A stretch of 64,000 nt of DNA from a virus (IMGVR_UViG_3300022752_000038:31042-95041), one strand, 5' to 3'; numbered from the stretch's first letter, positions 20,762 through 31,050 are shown. Translations and numbers: made by a program. The notes: generated by a model from the sequence alone, not told the origin.

Positions 20762-21088
20762 ATGGAAACAGTTGATAAAGTTGTTAGTAGTTTTGTATCA
20801 AATGGCATGTATTATACAGTAACTTGCCGGCCTATAGTACCCGAAGATTTTATATCATTACGTACTTACTTAGGATATAAACCTTCTCGTGAAATAGCAG
20901 AACAAGTTGCACAAGTAGCACGACGATCTAAACAGCCGTTTATTACTGAACATGTAACTACTCCAAATTACACAGGCCTTATATTAAAATATTCGCATTC
21001 ATTTTTACAAGAGTTTTTTACTAGTAAACAACAGCAAGTAACGCAAGTTAATTCTAATACTATTGAAGATGACGATTTACCTTTTTAA
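20762..21088 (+). CDS. Hypothetical protein
   Basis: 108 aa ending DDDLPF. Confidence 0.55.
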   Translation: METVDKVVSSFVSNGMYYTVTCRPIVPEDFISLRTYLGYKPSREIAEQVAQVARRSKQPFITEHVTTPNYTGLILKYSHSFLQEFFTSKQQQVTQVNSNTIEDDDLPF

Positions 21089-21093
21089 CACCT

Positions 21094-21864
21094 ATGGAAA
21101 AAATAACAGATTATAATAAAGTATTGCCCATCAATGAATTGTATAGATGTGTGCAAAGTGAAGGTAGTAGAGCAGGACGTCCTACTATAGCAATCCGTGT
21201 AACCGGATGTACCCACCGTTGTTGGTTCGGAGAAGGTGGTTGGTGTGATAGCTGGTATAGTTCAATACATCCAGAAAAAGGTAAGTTTACTTTTAATGAT
21301 ATTGTGAAAATCTATGATGAAAATCCGCATATCAAAGAAATGATGATCACTGGAGGATCACCTACGATGCAACCAGCATTATTAAATAAATTAACTGAAT
21401 TTGCTTTTAATCGTGGTATTATTACTACTATTGAAACAGAAGGTAGTCATTTTGTACAAACAGATTTTCCTATTGATTTAATATCATTGTCACCTAAATT
21501 TAGTAACAGTGTTCCTAAATTAGGAATTCAAACTCCTAAAGGTAGTGTAGTAGATCAGCGGTTTATTGATCAACATAATAAATTTCGTCTCAATGAAGAA
21601 GCTATACGTAAAATGATTGCATATCATTCTGATTATCATTATAAGCCGGTATGGGATGGCTCTATAGAAAATTTACGTGAGATTGAAGAATTTCGAGTAA
21701 AATTTGGAATTCCGAAACATAAAACATATATTATGCCTGCAGGCGATACTAGGGAAGCATTGATTAAAATGTATCCGTTAGTATTTGATCTATGTGCAGA
21801 ATATGGATATAATATGACCGGACGTGATCATATTATTGCATTTGATACTCAACGAAATGTTTAA
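21094..21864 (+). CDS. queE: 7-carboxy-7-deazaguanine synthase (radical SAM)
   Basis: ELY..VQSEG..AG.P...IR..GCTHRC(x7)CDS, ITGGSP, IETEG, SLSPK, R.HI. Confidence 0.9.
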   Translation: MEKITDYNKVLPINELYRCVQSEGSRAGRPTIAIRVTGCTHRCWFGEGGWCDSWYSSIHPEKGKFTFNDIVKIYDENPHIKEMMITGGSPTMQPALLNKLTEFAFNRGIITTIETEGSHFVQTDFPIDLISLSPKFSNSVPKLGIQTPKGSVVDQRFIDQHNKFRLNEEAIRKMIAYHSDYHYKPVWDGSIENLREIEEFRVKFGIPKHKTYIMPAGDTREALIKMYPLVFDLCAEYGYNMTGRDHIIAFDTQRNV

Positions 21865-21881
21865 TTTAAAAAGGATAAGTT

Positions 21882-22181
21882 ATGAAAATGAAACCAGTAG
21901 GCGACATTGTAGTCGTTCTCGAAAGAGAAAAGCAAGACAAGACTAAAACAGGAATTTTGCTTATGGAAGGTACAGATAACTATGTACATGCAGATGTAAT
22001 TGCAGTCGGCGATGGATTGTTTACGCAAACCGGAGATCGTATTCCGATGACAGTTAAAATTGGAGATCATGTGTTAATTCATAAAAATGAAGTTTCAAAA
22101 CATAAGCGTTTATCTATTAATGATAAAGATTATTTAGTGATCCGCGAATCAGAAATTTCAATAATTAATATCGAACAATAA
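21882..22181 (+). CDS. groES: Co-chaperonin GroES
   Basis: KPVGD.VVV, TKTGILL, VIAVGDG, PMTVKIGD.V, YLVIRESEI. Confidence 0.92.
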   Translation: MKMKPVGDIVVVLEREKQDKTKTGILLMEGTDNYVHADVIAVGDGLFTQTGDRIPMTVKIGDHVLIHKNEVSKHKRLSINDKDYLVIRESEISIINIEQ

Positions 22182-22882
22182 TGGCTAAAATAATTAATTC
22201 AATTGAAACTGTAATGACTGGTTTTGCTAATGGCATATCAACTCAACTAGCAGAAAAACAATTGACAGATGGTCCTGATGCATCGCTTTCTAATTATGAA
22301 AAGGCAGAGATTATTAACAAAGCTGCTCATCATTTCGGAGAGTTCCTTACAGCATTAGGAGTTGATTGGGTTAACGATCCCAATTCCAGTGATACGCCCA
22401 GACGTGTAGCTAAAGCATATGTAACTGATCTATGGGCCGGTAGATTCAATCCGGCCCCATCGATCACTGCATTTCCTAGTGACGGCTATGATGGTATGGT
22501 ATTTGAAGGTGGTATTCCATTAACAAGTATGTGTAGTCATCATCATCAAACCATAATGGGTTTGGTACATGTAGCATATATTCCTGGAGACCAAAGCAAG
22601 GTGATTGGTTTAAGTAAACTTAATCGTATTGTAGAGCATTTTGGTCGTCGCGGTGCAATACAAGAACAATTGACAGTTGCTATTCATAATGCAGTTGATA
22701 CTATCATTGAAGATAACAAAGGTGTTGCTGTAATGATTGAAGCTACTCACAATTGTGTTCAATGCCGAGGTGTTAAACACGGAGGTGCCAGTATGAAGAC
22801 ATCTAAATTGACTGGGGCATTTAAAGATGATCCGTCTACTCGTAACGAGTTTTACGAATTCGTAAAAGGTTATAATGACTAA
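22181..22882 (+). CDS. folE: GTP cyclohydrolase I
   Basis: DTPRRVAKAY, SMCSHH, IGLSKLNRIV, QEQLT, H.C...RG. Confidence 0.96.
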   Translation: MAKIINSIETVMTGFANGISTQLAEKQLTDGPDASLSNYEKAEIINKAAHHFGEFLTALGVDWVNDPNSSDTPRRVAKAYVTDLWAGRFNPAPSITAFPSDGYDGMVFEGGIPLTSMCSHHHQTIMGLVHVAYIPGDQSKVIGLSKLNRIVEHFGRRGAIQEQLTVAIHNAVDTIIEDNKGVAVMIEATHNCVQCRGVKHGGASMKTSKLTGAFKDDPSTRNEFYEFVKGYND

Positions 22883-23390
22883 TAACATGGAAATACTTAT
22901 ACCGGAGTATAAAATTGAACGACGAGTACGTGCCATGGCACATCGACTTTCGGAGGAACATAAGTCTAGTGGTAATTCATTACCACCAGTTATGATATGT
23001 GTGTTGAACGGCTCCTTTATGTTTTTTTCTGATCTAGTAAAAGATATGGGAATTGATATCGAAGTAGACTTTATACGTCCTAAATCATATCATGGCAAGG
23101 ATAATTCTTCTGGTGTAACTTTTACTAAGGAATTAGAGATTGACCTTAAAGGTAAAAGGGTTTATATTATCGAAGATATTGTCGATACTGGTCAGACTAT
23201 GTTAGAAATTTTACAACGTGTTGATTCACGTATGCCGTCTGAAGTTAAAGTAGTAACTCTAGTGCATCGAAAAGACAATCCAGTAACTGTAGATCATTTT
23301 TGTTTTGAAATAGCAGATGAATGGGTAATTGGGTATGGCTTTGACGATAACGGACTAAAACGCAATTATAGAAACATTTATAAAATATAG
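22875..23390 (+). CDS. hpt: Hypoxanthine-guanine phosphoribosyltransferase
   Basis: CVLNGSFMF..DL, IIEDIVDTGQT (PRPP loop), WVIGYGFD. Confidence 0.93.
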   Translation: MTNNMEILIPEYKIERRVRAMAHRLSEEHKSSGNSLPPVMICVLNGSFMFFSDLVKDMGIDIEVDFIRPKSYHGKDNSSGVTFTKELEIDLKGKRVYIIEDIVDTGQTMLEILQRVDSRMPSEVKVVTLVHRKDNPVTVDHFCFEIADEWVIGYGFDDNGLKRNYRNIYKI

Positions 23391-23392
23391 TT

Positions 23393-23548
23393 ATGAAACA
23401 TCCAGATCCTAAACAACATCAACGTATAAGTTTTCTTAAATCGGCTTTAAGACTTATAGGTTATTTATTATTACTAACAGAGCCGATCGCTGCCGTTACT
23501 ATTTTAGTAGCGAGCGAAGGGTTAGGAATTTACGAGGAATTAGTATAA
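23393..23548 (+). CDS. Small membrane protein (51 aa)
   Basis: Hand-translated MKHPDPKQHQRISFLKSALRLIGYLLLLTEPIAAVTILVASEGLGIYEELV; TAATG overlap with polB. Confidence 0.65.
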   Translation: MKHPDPKQHQRISFLKSALRLIGYLLLLTEPIAAVTILVASEGLGIYEELV

Positions 23549-26019
23549 TGTATCAAGCAGTAGCATATCATCAGAAATCTAATACTGTACATATTTGGGA
23601 TGATGTTAAAGGTCATCTACAAATTAAATACAAGCCTTATGCATACCGCAAAGCGGCATACGGAAAGTTTGTAGCATTAGATGGGACATTACTTAATAAA
23701 GTTACAGATCACGAAAAAGACGAGCAAGGCTTGTATGAATCAGATATCAATCCAGAGACACGTACATTAATAGATATGTATACTGATTCAGATGATTTAT
23801 CTACAGGACACCGTACTATTTTTATTGATATTGAGGTTGATATTGCTAACGGATTTTCTACGGCTGAAGATGCATATAATGAGATTACATCAATTGCTAT
23901 CTATGATCAAGCAAATGATACGCGCCATGTTTGGATATTAGATAAGGCACGTGAAGTGCAGTCAACAGACATGATTCAGTCTTGTAGTGATGAATACGAA
24001 CTATTGCAAAAGTTTTTATATAGGTATCAAATAATTCAACCGACTATTATAACTGGATGGAATATTGATTTCTTCGATATACCGTATTTGTATAATCGTA
24101 TGGTACGAGTGTTAGGAGAAAATAAAGCTCGACAATTGTCGCCTATCAAAGACGTTATTTGGCTTAAGCATCGTAACCGATATCGTATATCAGGAGTTGC
24201 TTGTTTAGATTATATGGCATTGTATAAAAACTTTACATATTCAGAAGAGTCTAGTTATTCATTAGAAGCTATTTCGCAGAAAGAATTAGGTAAAGGTAAA
24301 ATTAAATACGACGGCAATCTAAACGATTTGATGCATGCTGATATACAAAAGTATATTGACTATAACATGAATGACGTAGATCTGGTAGTTGATATTGATC
24401 GTAAAATGAAATTGATTGATTTAGCCCGTGGTATTTGTCATAAAGGTCATGTGCCATATGAAGATGTTTATTTTTCTACTAGATATCTAGACGGAGCTTC
24501 ATTGACCTATTTAAAACGTTTAGGTTTAGTGGCTCCTAGTAAAAAAATACGTGAATCAGATGCTCCATTAGAATTGCTAGGAGCGTATGTAAAAGACCCG
24601 GATCCGGGTCGTTATAAATGGATATACGACCTTGACTTAACATCTTTGTATCCTAGTATCATTATGACACTTGGCATTTCGCCCGAAACAAAAATGTTTA
24701 AACTAGACAAATTTGACGGCATTGAATATGTTAAAGATAAAGGCACGCATTATTCTTGTAAAGGAAATGGATGGGCAACTGCTCAAGAACTACGTAATTA
24801 TCTTACAGAAAATCAATATTCAATTGCAGCTAACGGAGTTGTGTATGATACTAAAACAAAAGGATTTATTCCGTCTATTCTAGAAAAATGGTTTGCAGAG
24901 CGTGTAGAGTATAAGAATCTCAAAAAGAAATATGAAAAGGAAGGCGATGCTGCAAAGGCAGAATATTTTGATAGGTTGCAGTTAGTTACTAAAATTCTTT
25001 TGAATTCATTCTACGGCGTACTAGGAAATCCAGGATTTAGATTTTTTGATCCGGATAATGCCGTAGCTATTACTAGTACTGGACAGCAACTAATTAAGTT
25101 TACTGCTGATATCGGTAATCAATACTACAAGAAAGAATTAGGAGCTGAAAAAGATTATTGTATTTATACGGATACAGACTCGACATTCTTTTCTTCTTTA
25201 CCTATTATAGAAAAACGATTTCCTCAATTTGATATTACAGATGAAAAATGGATGGCCGAACGTACTATTGAAATTGCTAATGAAGTACAGGCGTTTATCA
25301 ACAAATCGTATAATGTCTATGCTGATAAGTTTCATAATGTGCAGAGCCATCGCTTTGATATTAAACAAGAATTTGTAGCTAAGGCTGGTATATGGATTGC
25401 CAAAAAGCGTTATGCACAATGGCTTATTAATCAGGAAGGGCATACAATATCACGATTGGATGTAAAAGGACTAGACGTTGTTCGATCTAGCTTCCCCCCC
25501 GCATTTCGTAAGTTTATGGCCGAAGTACTCAAAGATATTTTAAATGATATTGATAAAGAAACACTAGACAATAAGATTCTTAAATTTAAAGATCATATGA
25601 AAACATTGCCGGTATTAGATGTAATGGCACCTACTAGTGTAAAAGAATTATCTAAATTTACAACTAAGAAAGCAGCTCCATTTGCTCCTAGACCTAAAGG
25701 TACGCCAGTGCATGTTAAGGCAGCGTTAAACTATAATGACTTGTTAAAATATTACAAGATTAAATCTATTCGTGAAATTATTGACGGGGAAAAGATTAAA
25801 TGGACTTATCTACGTACTAATCCGTTAAACTTGGAGCAGTGTGCATTTAAAGGCTATGACGATCCAGCACAAATTGTAGAGTTAGTAACAACTTATATAG
25901 ATTATGATAAAATCTTTATATCGTCATTGTATAATAAGTTGTCTGACTTTTATGAGGCAATGAATTGGGGACGAGTGCCTGAGAATAACAATATTGGAAA
26001 ATTCTTTTCATTTTCTTAG
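23548..26019 (+). CDS. polB: Family B DNA polymerase (gp43-like)
   Basis: ExoI DIE, GWNIDFFD, YN..DV, DLTSLYPS, KILLNSFYG, YTDTDS, KKRY. Confidence 0.97.
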   Translation: MYQAVAYHQKSNTVHIWDDVKGHLQIKYKPYAYRKAAYGKFVALDGTLLNKVTDHEKDEQGLYESDINPETRTLIDMYTDSDDLSTGHRTIFIDIEVDIANGFSTAEDAYNEITSIAIYDQANDTRHVWILDKAREVQSTDMIQSCSDEYELLQKFLYRYQIIQPTIITGWNIDFFDIPYLYNRMVRVLGENKARQLSPIKDVIWLKHRNRYRISGVACLDYMALYKNFTYSEESSYSLEAISQKELGKGKIKYDGNLNDLMHADIQKYIDYNMNDVDLVVDIDRKMKLIDLARGICHKGHVPYEDVYFSTRYLDGASLTYLKRLGLVAPSKKIRESDAPLELLGAYVKDPDPGRYKWIYDLDLTSLYPSIIMTLGISPETKMFKLDKFDGIEYVKDKGTHYSCKGNGWATAQELRNYLTENQYSIAANGVVYDTKTKGFIPSILEKWFAERVEYKNLKKKYEKEGDAAKAEYFDRLQLVTKILLNSFYGVLGNPGFRFFDPDNAVAITSTGQQLIKFTADIGNQYYKKELGAEKDYCIYTDTDSTFFSSLPIIEKRFPQFDITDEKWMAERTIEIANEVQAFINKSYNVYADKFHNVQSHRFDIKQEFVAKAGIWIAKKRYAQWLINQEGHTISRLDVKGLDVVRSSFPPAFRKFMAEVLKDILNDIDKETLDNKILKFKDHMKTLPVLDVMAPTSVKELSKFTTKKAAPFAPRPKGTPVHVKAALNYNDLLKYYKIKSIREIIDGEKIKWTYLRTNPLNLEQCAFKGYDDPAQIVELVTTYIDYDKIFISSLYNKLSDFYEAMNWGRVPENNNIGKFFSFS

Positions 26020-26049
26020 GTTTTAAGTATAGTTGTACTTATATTAACA
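26017..26049 (+). promoter_or_regulatory. Class A bipartite promoter
   Basis: TAGGTTT at 26017, TTATATTAAC at 26039. Confidence 0.7.
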
Positions 26050-26063
26050 TTAAATAATAAGTT

Positions 26064-26513
26064 ATGATAGGACATAGAAAACATTGGTACGGCAAAGAAG
26101 TCGAAGGTCGATATACAGACTTAGAGACATTGTTTATAGCAGATTTAACAGATATTGCGACTGACGGTATAACATCGTTAGGTAAAATTCCGGCGCACAT
26201 TTATTTATGCGCTCCAGCTGTTCGACAGTTGATCAACGGCATTGATGGCTTTAGTTGGGAAACAATTTTATCTTTGAAAGATGATAATACGTTTTTTACA
26301 TTAGAAGTAAATGAAGATATGTTAGGGCTTACGCCGCCCATTGTTAGAATACATTGTCATATGCTGTTAATGTTTAATTGTTATGATGCTCGTTTGTTAA
26401 AGAAAACGGATAGTATTAAAATAGTTTATGATGATTATTCATTATATACATCTACCGTGCATAATATGCAGCACGTAACTCCCGATGATTATAAATTCGA
26501 TCGATATGAATAA
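26064..26513 (+). CDS. Hypothetical protein, first gene of the GT-TGT cassette
   Basis: 149 aa, WYGKEVEGRY..LETLFI; overlaps the next gene. Confidence 0.6.
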   Translation: MIGHRKHWYGKEVEGRYTDLETLFIADLTDIATDGITSLGKIPAHIYLCAPAVRQLINGIDGFSWETILSLKDDNTFFTLEVNEDMLGLTPPIVRIHCHMLLMFNCYDARLLKKTDSIKIVYDDYSLYTSTVHNMQHVTPDDYKFDRYE

Positions 26514-27582
26514 AGTTTGGATTGTAGATTTAGAAGCTGTTGATACTAGGTATACTGGTCAATGGAAAACCTGGATACCTGAGGTTGTTGCAAAGCATAT
26601 AACTAGCAACAATTTAAAGTATGAAGTTTCGATCATCGAAGGAGATACTGATATTCCAGAAGCCACTACTCCCGGTGCATTTTTGAACTTTGGTGGTACT
26701 AATGTATATAAAAGTTCTCAAATGGCTAAGATAGCTAGAGCATTTACAAACGGAGAAGTTCGTTCAGGTGATATCTTTTTATATACAGATGCTTGGAATC
26801 CTACCATTATACAATTAAAGTATATGAGTCAGTTACTAGGCATCCCAGTAAAGATACATGCTCTTTGGCATGCTGGTAATTATGATAAAAATGATTTTTT
26901 AGGTAGACTTATTAAAGATAGTTGGGTGAAAAACTTTGAACTGTCATTGGCTCAGGCTATCGATTATAATTGGTTTGCTTCGGATTACCATATTAAATTG
27001 TTTAGAGACACATACGGTTACGAAGATATCAAATGTTATCGTACAGGATGGCCAATGGAGTATCTAGAAACATATATCAAACCTAAACAAAAAGAAAACA
27101 TTGTATTGTTTCCACATAGGATAGCTCCAGAGAAACAGTTGGATATATTTAGAGAGATAGCAAAAGAAATGCCGGAATATGAATTTGTGATATGTCAGGA
27201 TCGTAAACTTACTAAAGATGCATATCACGAAATGCTAGGTAAAGCTAAAGTAGTATTTTCGGCTAACTTACAAGAAACGTTGGGTATATCGTGCTATGAA
27301 GCTGTATTAGCAAATGCAGTACCGATGGTACCTAATCGTTTAAGTTACGATGAAATGTATTCGGCGACATTTAAATATCCAAGTGAATGGACTGAATCTT
27401 TAGAGTCGTCTCGTAACTATCGTAGCTTCTTGAAAGCTACAATACGGTTTCATATGGAATGCTATGATAATAATAGTAATTATTCATATCATTCTGTAAT
27501 GAACGAACTTAAAACAAAATTGACACAAGAATATTTTAGTTGTAATAATTTATTAAAGGTAATGTTCAATGACAAATACTAA
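26506..27582 (+). CDS. GT-B (GT4-like) glycosyltransferase
   Basis: FPHRIAPEKQ, QETLGISCYEA, PNRLSYDE; overlaps the TGT-like gene. Confidence 0.8.
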   Translation: MNKVWIVDLEAVDTRYTGQWKTWIPEVVAKHITSNNLKYEVSIIEGDTDIPEATTPGAFLNFGGTNVYKSSQMAKIARAFTNGEVRSGDIFLYTDAWNPTIIQLKYMSQLLGIPVKIHALWHAGNYDKNDFLGRLIKDSWVKNFELSLAQAIDYNWFASDYHIKLFRDTYGYEDIKCYRTGWPMEYLETYIKPKQKENIVLFPHRIAPEKQLDIFREIAKEMPEYEFVICQDRKLTKDAYHEMLGKAKVVFSANLQETLGISCYEAVLANAVPMVPNRLSYDEMYSATFKYPSEWTESLESSRNYRSFLKATIRFHMECYDNNSNYSYHSVMNELKTKLTQEYFSCNNLLKVMFNDKY

Positions 27583-28762
27583 ACCAAAAAGATTTATATA
27601 CTTCCCGTCATTATCAGCGGGCGGCTCGGCAGACGCATTTAAAAAGAATAAAGATGTTCAGCCTGGATTGACATGTAGATTTTATGCAGAAGATTTTCCA
27701 GAAGAATGGAGACATCCGTATTTTCTAGTGACCGCGGGTCATTATTATAAAAAGCCAGAGACTAGAAAAGACTTTGGACTGGAAGATTCATTTGTATTCG
27801 GCGACTCGGGCGGATATCAGTTAGCCCGCGGAGCTCTAAAGTGGAGTCCGGAGATTCGTGAAACTATTTTTCATTGGTTAGAAAACAATGCAGATATTGC
27901 TGCAAATTTAGATATTCCGCCTAGAACTACATATGCTAATCGATTTGAAGATTCTTTAAAGATTAGTTTAGAAAACTTTCAGTGGTTTGAAAAACATCAA
28001 TCCGGCAAGTGTACATTTCTTAATGTACTGCAAGGATCCAATACGCATCAATATTCATATTGGTATGATCAAGTCAAGGATTTTGAATTTGGAGGCTGGT
28101 GTGTTGGTGGTCCTCAAAAGCTTGTAGACTTTTTCTATGCATTGGCAGTAATGTTAAAGAATCGAGAGTTTGAAAAAAAGCGTAATGGATATATTCACTT
28201 GTTAGGCATTTCTAAAATAAGTGATTTTTATTTGTTAAGTACACTACAAAACAACTTTAATAAGCATTTTGATAGTAGAATACAAGTATCAACAGATAGT
28301 TCATCGCCAGGACAATATCCAGTATATGGAACATATCTTCATTCACCTCAATTGAGTAAAATGACGTTTAGCCATTTATATTTTCCAAAAGGAGATAATC
28401 TCCCATATAGGGCAGATGATAAAGTACCAAATCCGTTCGGTCATCCGATTGATATGACATTTGGAGAAGTAGCTAAATATGACGGTAATTGTACTTTAAA
28501 AATGGTATTGAATAATGTGTTTGCATTTAACAAAACTATTGATATGGTTAATGAATTATGTGATGCGCATTTAGAACTATTAGAAACAATTGTGCCGACC
28601 GATTTCTATCAGATACTTAAAAGTATGAATGAAATGTTTGAAGACCCGGATCAGGCATTAGTTATTTATGAAAAGTATCGTCATTACTATATGAACTATG
28701 GCGGTACTCATGTAACATCAACAAACGAAAATACATTTAACAAATTTTTTGAACTAGTATAA
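27569..28762 (+). CDS. tRNA-guanine-transglycosylase-fold protein (DpdA-like 7-deazaguanine transglycosylase)
   Basis: GDSGGYQ, NLDIPP, NVLQG, GWCVGG, IHLLG, STDSSS; folE/queD/queE nearby; no CxCxxC zinc site. Confidence 0.8.
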   Translation: MTNTKPKRFIYFPSLSAGGSADAFKKNKDVQPGLTCRFYAEDFPEEWRHPYFLVTAGHYYKKPETRKDFGLEDSFVFGDSGGYQLARGALKWSPEIRETIFHWLENNADIAANLDIPPRTTYANRFEDSLKISLENFQWFEKHQSGKCTFLNVLQGSNTHQYSYWYDQVKDFEFGGWCVGGPQKLVDFFYALAVMLKNREFEKKRNGYIHLLGISKISDFYLLSTLQNNFNKHFDSRIQVSTDSSSPGQYPVYGTYLHSPQLSKMTFSHLYFPKGDNLPYRADDKVPNPFGHPIDMTFGEVAKYDGNCTLKMVLNNVFAFNKTIDMVNELCDAHLELLETIVPTDFYQILKSMNEMFEDPDQALVIYEKYRHYYMNYGGTHVTSTNENTFNKFFELV

Positions 28763-28764
28763 TT

Positions 28765-29481
28765 ATGAAAAAGACAGACCTTTTAAATTTTATTAGTCGT
28801 TATCATCTAGCAGGAGCGACTACATCAGTTAAGTGGAACGGAAGCAATGGTTCCACAGAAACTAAGTTTATCACCGATGACCAAAATGTCATTGGAAGTG
28901 TAACTTCTAAAAACATTGACTTAGGTAATTGTGAGCTAGGAGTTTATGCTACGCCTCAATTGACTAAAATGTTATCGGCAGTAAACGATGACCTAGACGT
29001 TTCCGTGAATAATTCAAATGGAACGGCTGTAAGTATTGACATTTCAGATAAGGAAGTTGATATGACATTTATGTTAGCTGACCTATCCGTTATTCGGCAA
29101 GTGCCTGAGTTGAAGCAACTTCCAAATTGGAATGCAGAGATTACAGTTGATAAAGATTTTGTTAATCGCTTTATCAAAGCTAAAAATGCATTACCTGAAT
29201 CAGAAAACTTTGGAGTAACTGTTAAGTCAGGTAAGATAGAATTTATTGTAAATTATTCATCGATCAATACTAACCGAATTAAATTTGAAGTAGCTAATAG
29301 TTCAGCTAAAGATATGGATGTTATTTGCTTTTCTAGTAACTTGTTTAAAGAAATTTTGCAAGCTAATAAAGATGCTGATACTGGTAAGCTTGAAGTTTCG
29401 TCTGCAGGACTAGCGCGAGTATCATTTACATCTCAAACATATACATCGACTTATTATCTAGTACAATTACAAACAACCTAA
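28765..29481 (+). CDS. DNA polymerase sliding clamp (gp45-like)
   Basis: 238 aa, clamp-like alternating beta/alpha pattern, C-terminal GL.RVSF...YYLV; near the clamp loader. Confidence 0.7.
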   Translation: MKKTDLLNFISRYHLAGATTSVKWNGSNGSTETKFITDDQNVIGSVTSKNIDLGNCELGVYATPQLTKMLSAVNDDLDVSVNNSNGTAVSIDISDKEVDMTFMLADLSVIRQVPELKQLPNWNAEITVDKDFVNRFIKAKNALPESENFGVTVKSGKIEFIVNYSSINTNRIKFEVANSSAKDMDVICFSSNLFKEILQANKDADTGKLEVSSAGLARVSFTSQTYTSTYYLVQLQTT

Positions 29482-29918
29482 TGAAAGTACGATTTAAAAA
29501 ATTAACAGACCAAGCTACAATGCCAAGCTATGCAAAGCCTGGCGATGCTGGTTTAGATATGACAGCGTTTTCATATGTAACAGACCCAAATAATCAAACT
29601 ATTAATTATCATACGGGTATTGCAGTAGAAATACCTGAAGGATATGTGGGTCTGTTATTTCCTAGAAGCTCTGTATATAAAACAGATTTGATCTTATCTA
29701 ACTGCGTAGGAGTAGTAGATTCAGGATATCGCGGCGAAATTGTCTTTAAATATAAGATGCCAACCAAAGCATATTTTGCATCACTGCGTAGATTTGAAGT
29801 AGGAGATCGAGTAGGTCAATTAATAATTTTACCGTATCCGCAAATCGAATTAGAAGAAGTACTCGAATTATCCGAGACGGAACGTGGCGTTGCAGGATTT
29901 GGTAGCACAGGAAAATAA
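29481..29918 (+). CDS. dut: Trimeric dUTPase
   Basis: AGLD, PRSS, GVVDSGYRGE, GDRVGQ, RGVAGFGSTG. Confidence 0.96.
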   Translation: MKVRFKKLTDQATMPSYAKPGDAGLDMTAFSYVTDPNNQTINYHTGIAVEIPEGYVGLLFPRSSVYKTDLILSNCVGVVDSGYRGEIVFKYKMPTKAYFASLRRFEVGDRVGQLIILPYPQIELEEVLELSETERGVAGFGSTGK

Positions 29919-29919
29919 T

Positions 29920-30129
29920 ATGCCAAGAAAAAAAGTAGTAGCACCAGTTACAGAAAATGTAGAAAATCCGTGGAAGCAGTTGTTATCTACGGCCGAAAGT
30001 TTATATATTAGCGTAGATGAACAATACAAGATAGCTCCTAAAAACGAATTATCTAGTATGTTAATTTCGTTATCATCAGTAATTAATTCTTTTAAGAAAC
30101 AAAACGATGTTTGGGAATCAAGAAAATAG
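29920..30129 (+). CDS. Hypothetical protein
   Basis: MPRKKVV...; fills the gap between dut and the clamp loader. Confidence 0.45.
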   Translation: MPRKKVVAPVTENVENPWKQLLSTAESLYISVDEQYKIAPKNELSSMLISLSSVINSFKKQNDVWESRK

Positions 30130-31042
30130 TTTATGGGTCGAAAAGTTTCGGCCGTCGACATTAGAAGGATATGTCGGTAATGAACATATTATAGAAAAAG
30201 TAAAACTATATATTCAAAGTGGAGATGTTCCGCATTTGTTGTTTTACGGATTAGCAGGTACAGGTAAAACTACTTTAGCTAAAATTATCGCTAATAACGT
30301 TGATGCTGATGTATTATATATTAATGCCTCAGACGAAAACAATATTGAAACGGTACGTACAAAGATAAAAAACTTTGCTAGTACTGTAGGATTTCGTACA
30401 TGGAAGATTTGTATATTAGATGAGGCTGATTACATGACGCCTAATGGTCAAGCTGCGTTACGTAATCTTATGGAAACGTTTAGTAAGACAACAAGATTTA
30501 TTTTGACATGTAACTATGTAGAAAAGATTATTGACCCGATACAAAGTCGATGTCAGACATTTTCTATTGAACCGCCTAGTAAAGTCGATGTAGCAAAACG
30601 CATATCAGCAATCTTTACAGAACTAAATGTAGAGTATGACAAAAAAGATCTAGTTACTATAGTTAACTCTGGATATCCAGATATACGTAGAATATTGAAT
30701 TCTTGTCAGCGTCAGGTAATTGACAATCGGTTAAAAATAGATAGTACAAGCTTAATTCAAGCTAATTACATGACTAAGATTCTAGATATATTTGTACAAC
30801 AAGAATCTAGAAAAGATGCATTCACTCAAATACGTCAGGTTATTGCCGATAGCAAAGTAAAAGATTTTACGGCATTATATCGATTTTTATTTGATGAAGT
30901 AGATAATTATGCAAAAGGTCATATTGCTAACGTAATTCTAATTCTAGCAGAATCTCAATATCAAGATTCTTTTGCTATTGATAAAGAGTTACATGTTATG
31001 TCAATGATGATTAAGTTAATAAACGAGTTAAAAACAAAATAA
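30107..31042 (+). CDS. Clamp loader large subunit (RFC/gp44-like AAA+)
   Basis: [31 protein letters not shown]. Confidence 0.93.
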   Translation: MFGNQENSLWVEKFRPSTLEGYVGNEHIIEKVKLYIQSGDVPHLLFYGLAGTGKTTLAKIIANNVDADVLYINASDENNIETVRTKIKNFASTVGFRTWKICILDEADYMTPNGQAALRNLMETFSKTTRFILTCNYVEKIIDPIQSRCQTFSIEPPSKVDVAKRISAIFTELNVEYDKKDLVTIVNSGYPDIRRILNSCQRQVIDNRLKIDSTSLIQANYMTKILDIFVQQESRKDAFTQIRQVIADSKVKDFTALYRFLFDEVDNYAKGHIANVILILAESQYQDSFAIDKELHVMSMMIKLINELKTK

Positions 31043-31050
31043 AAAAGGTT

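Noticed and set aside
12503-26019. Inteins or self-splicing introns in recA, helicase, nrdJ and polB
   Set aside because: Proteins are of normal length with contiguous motifs
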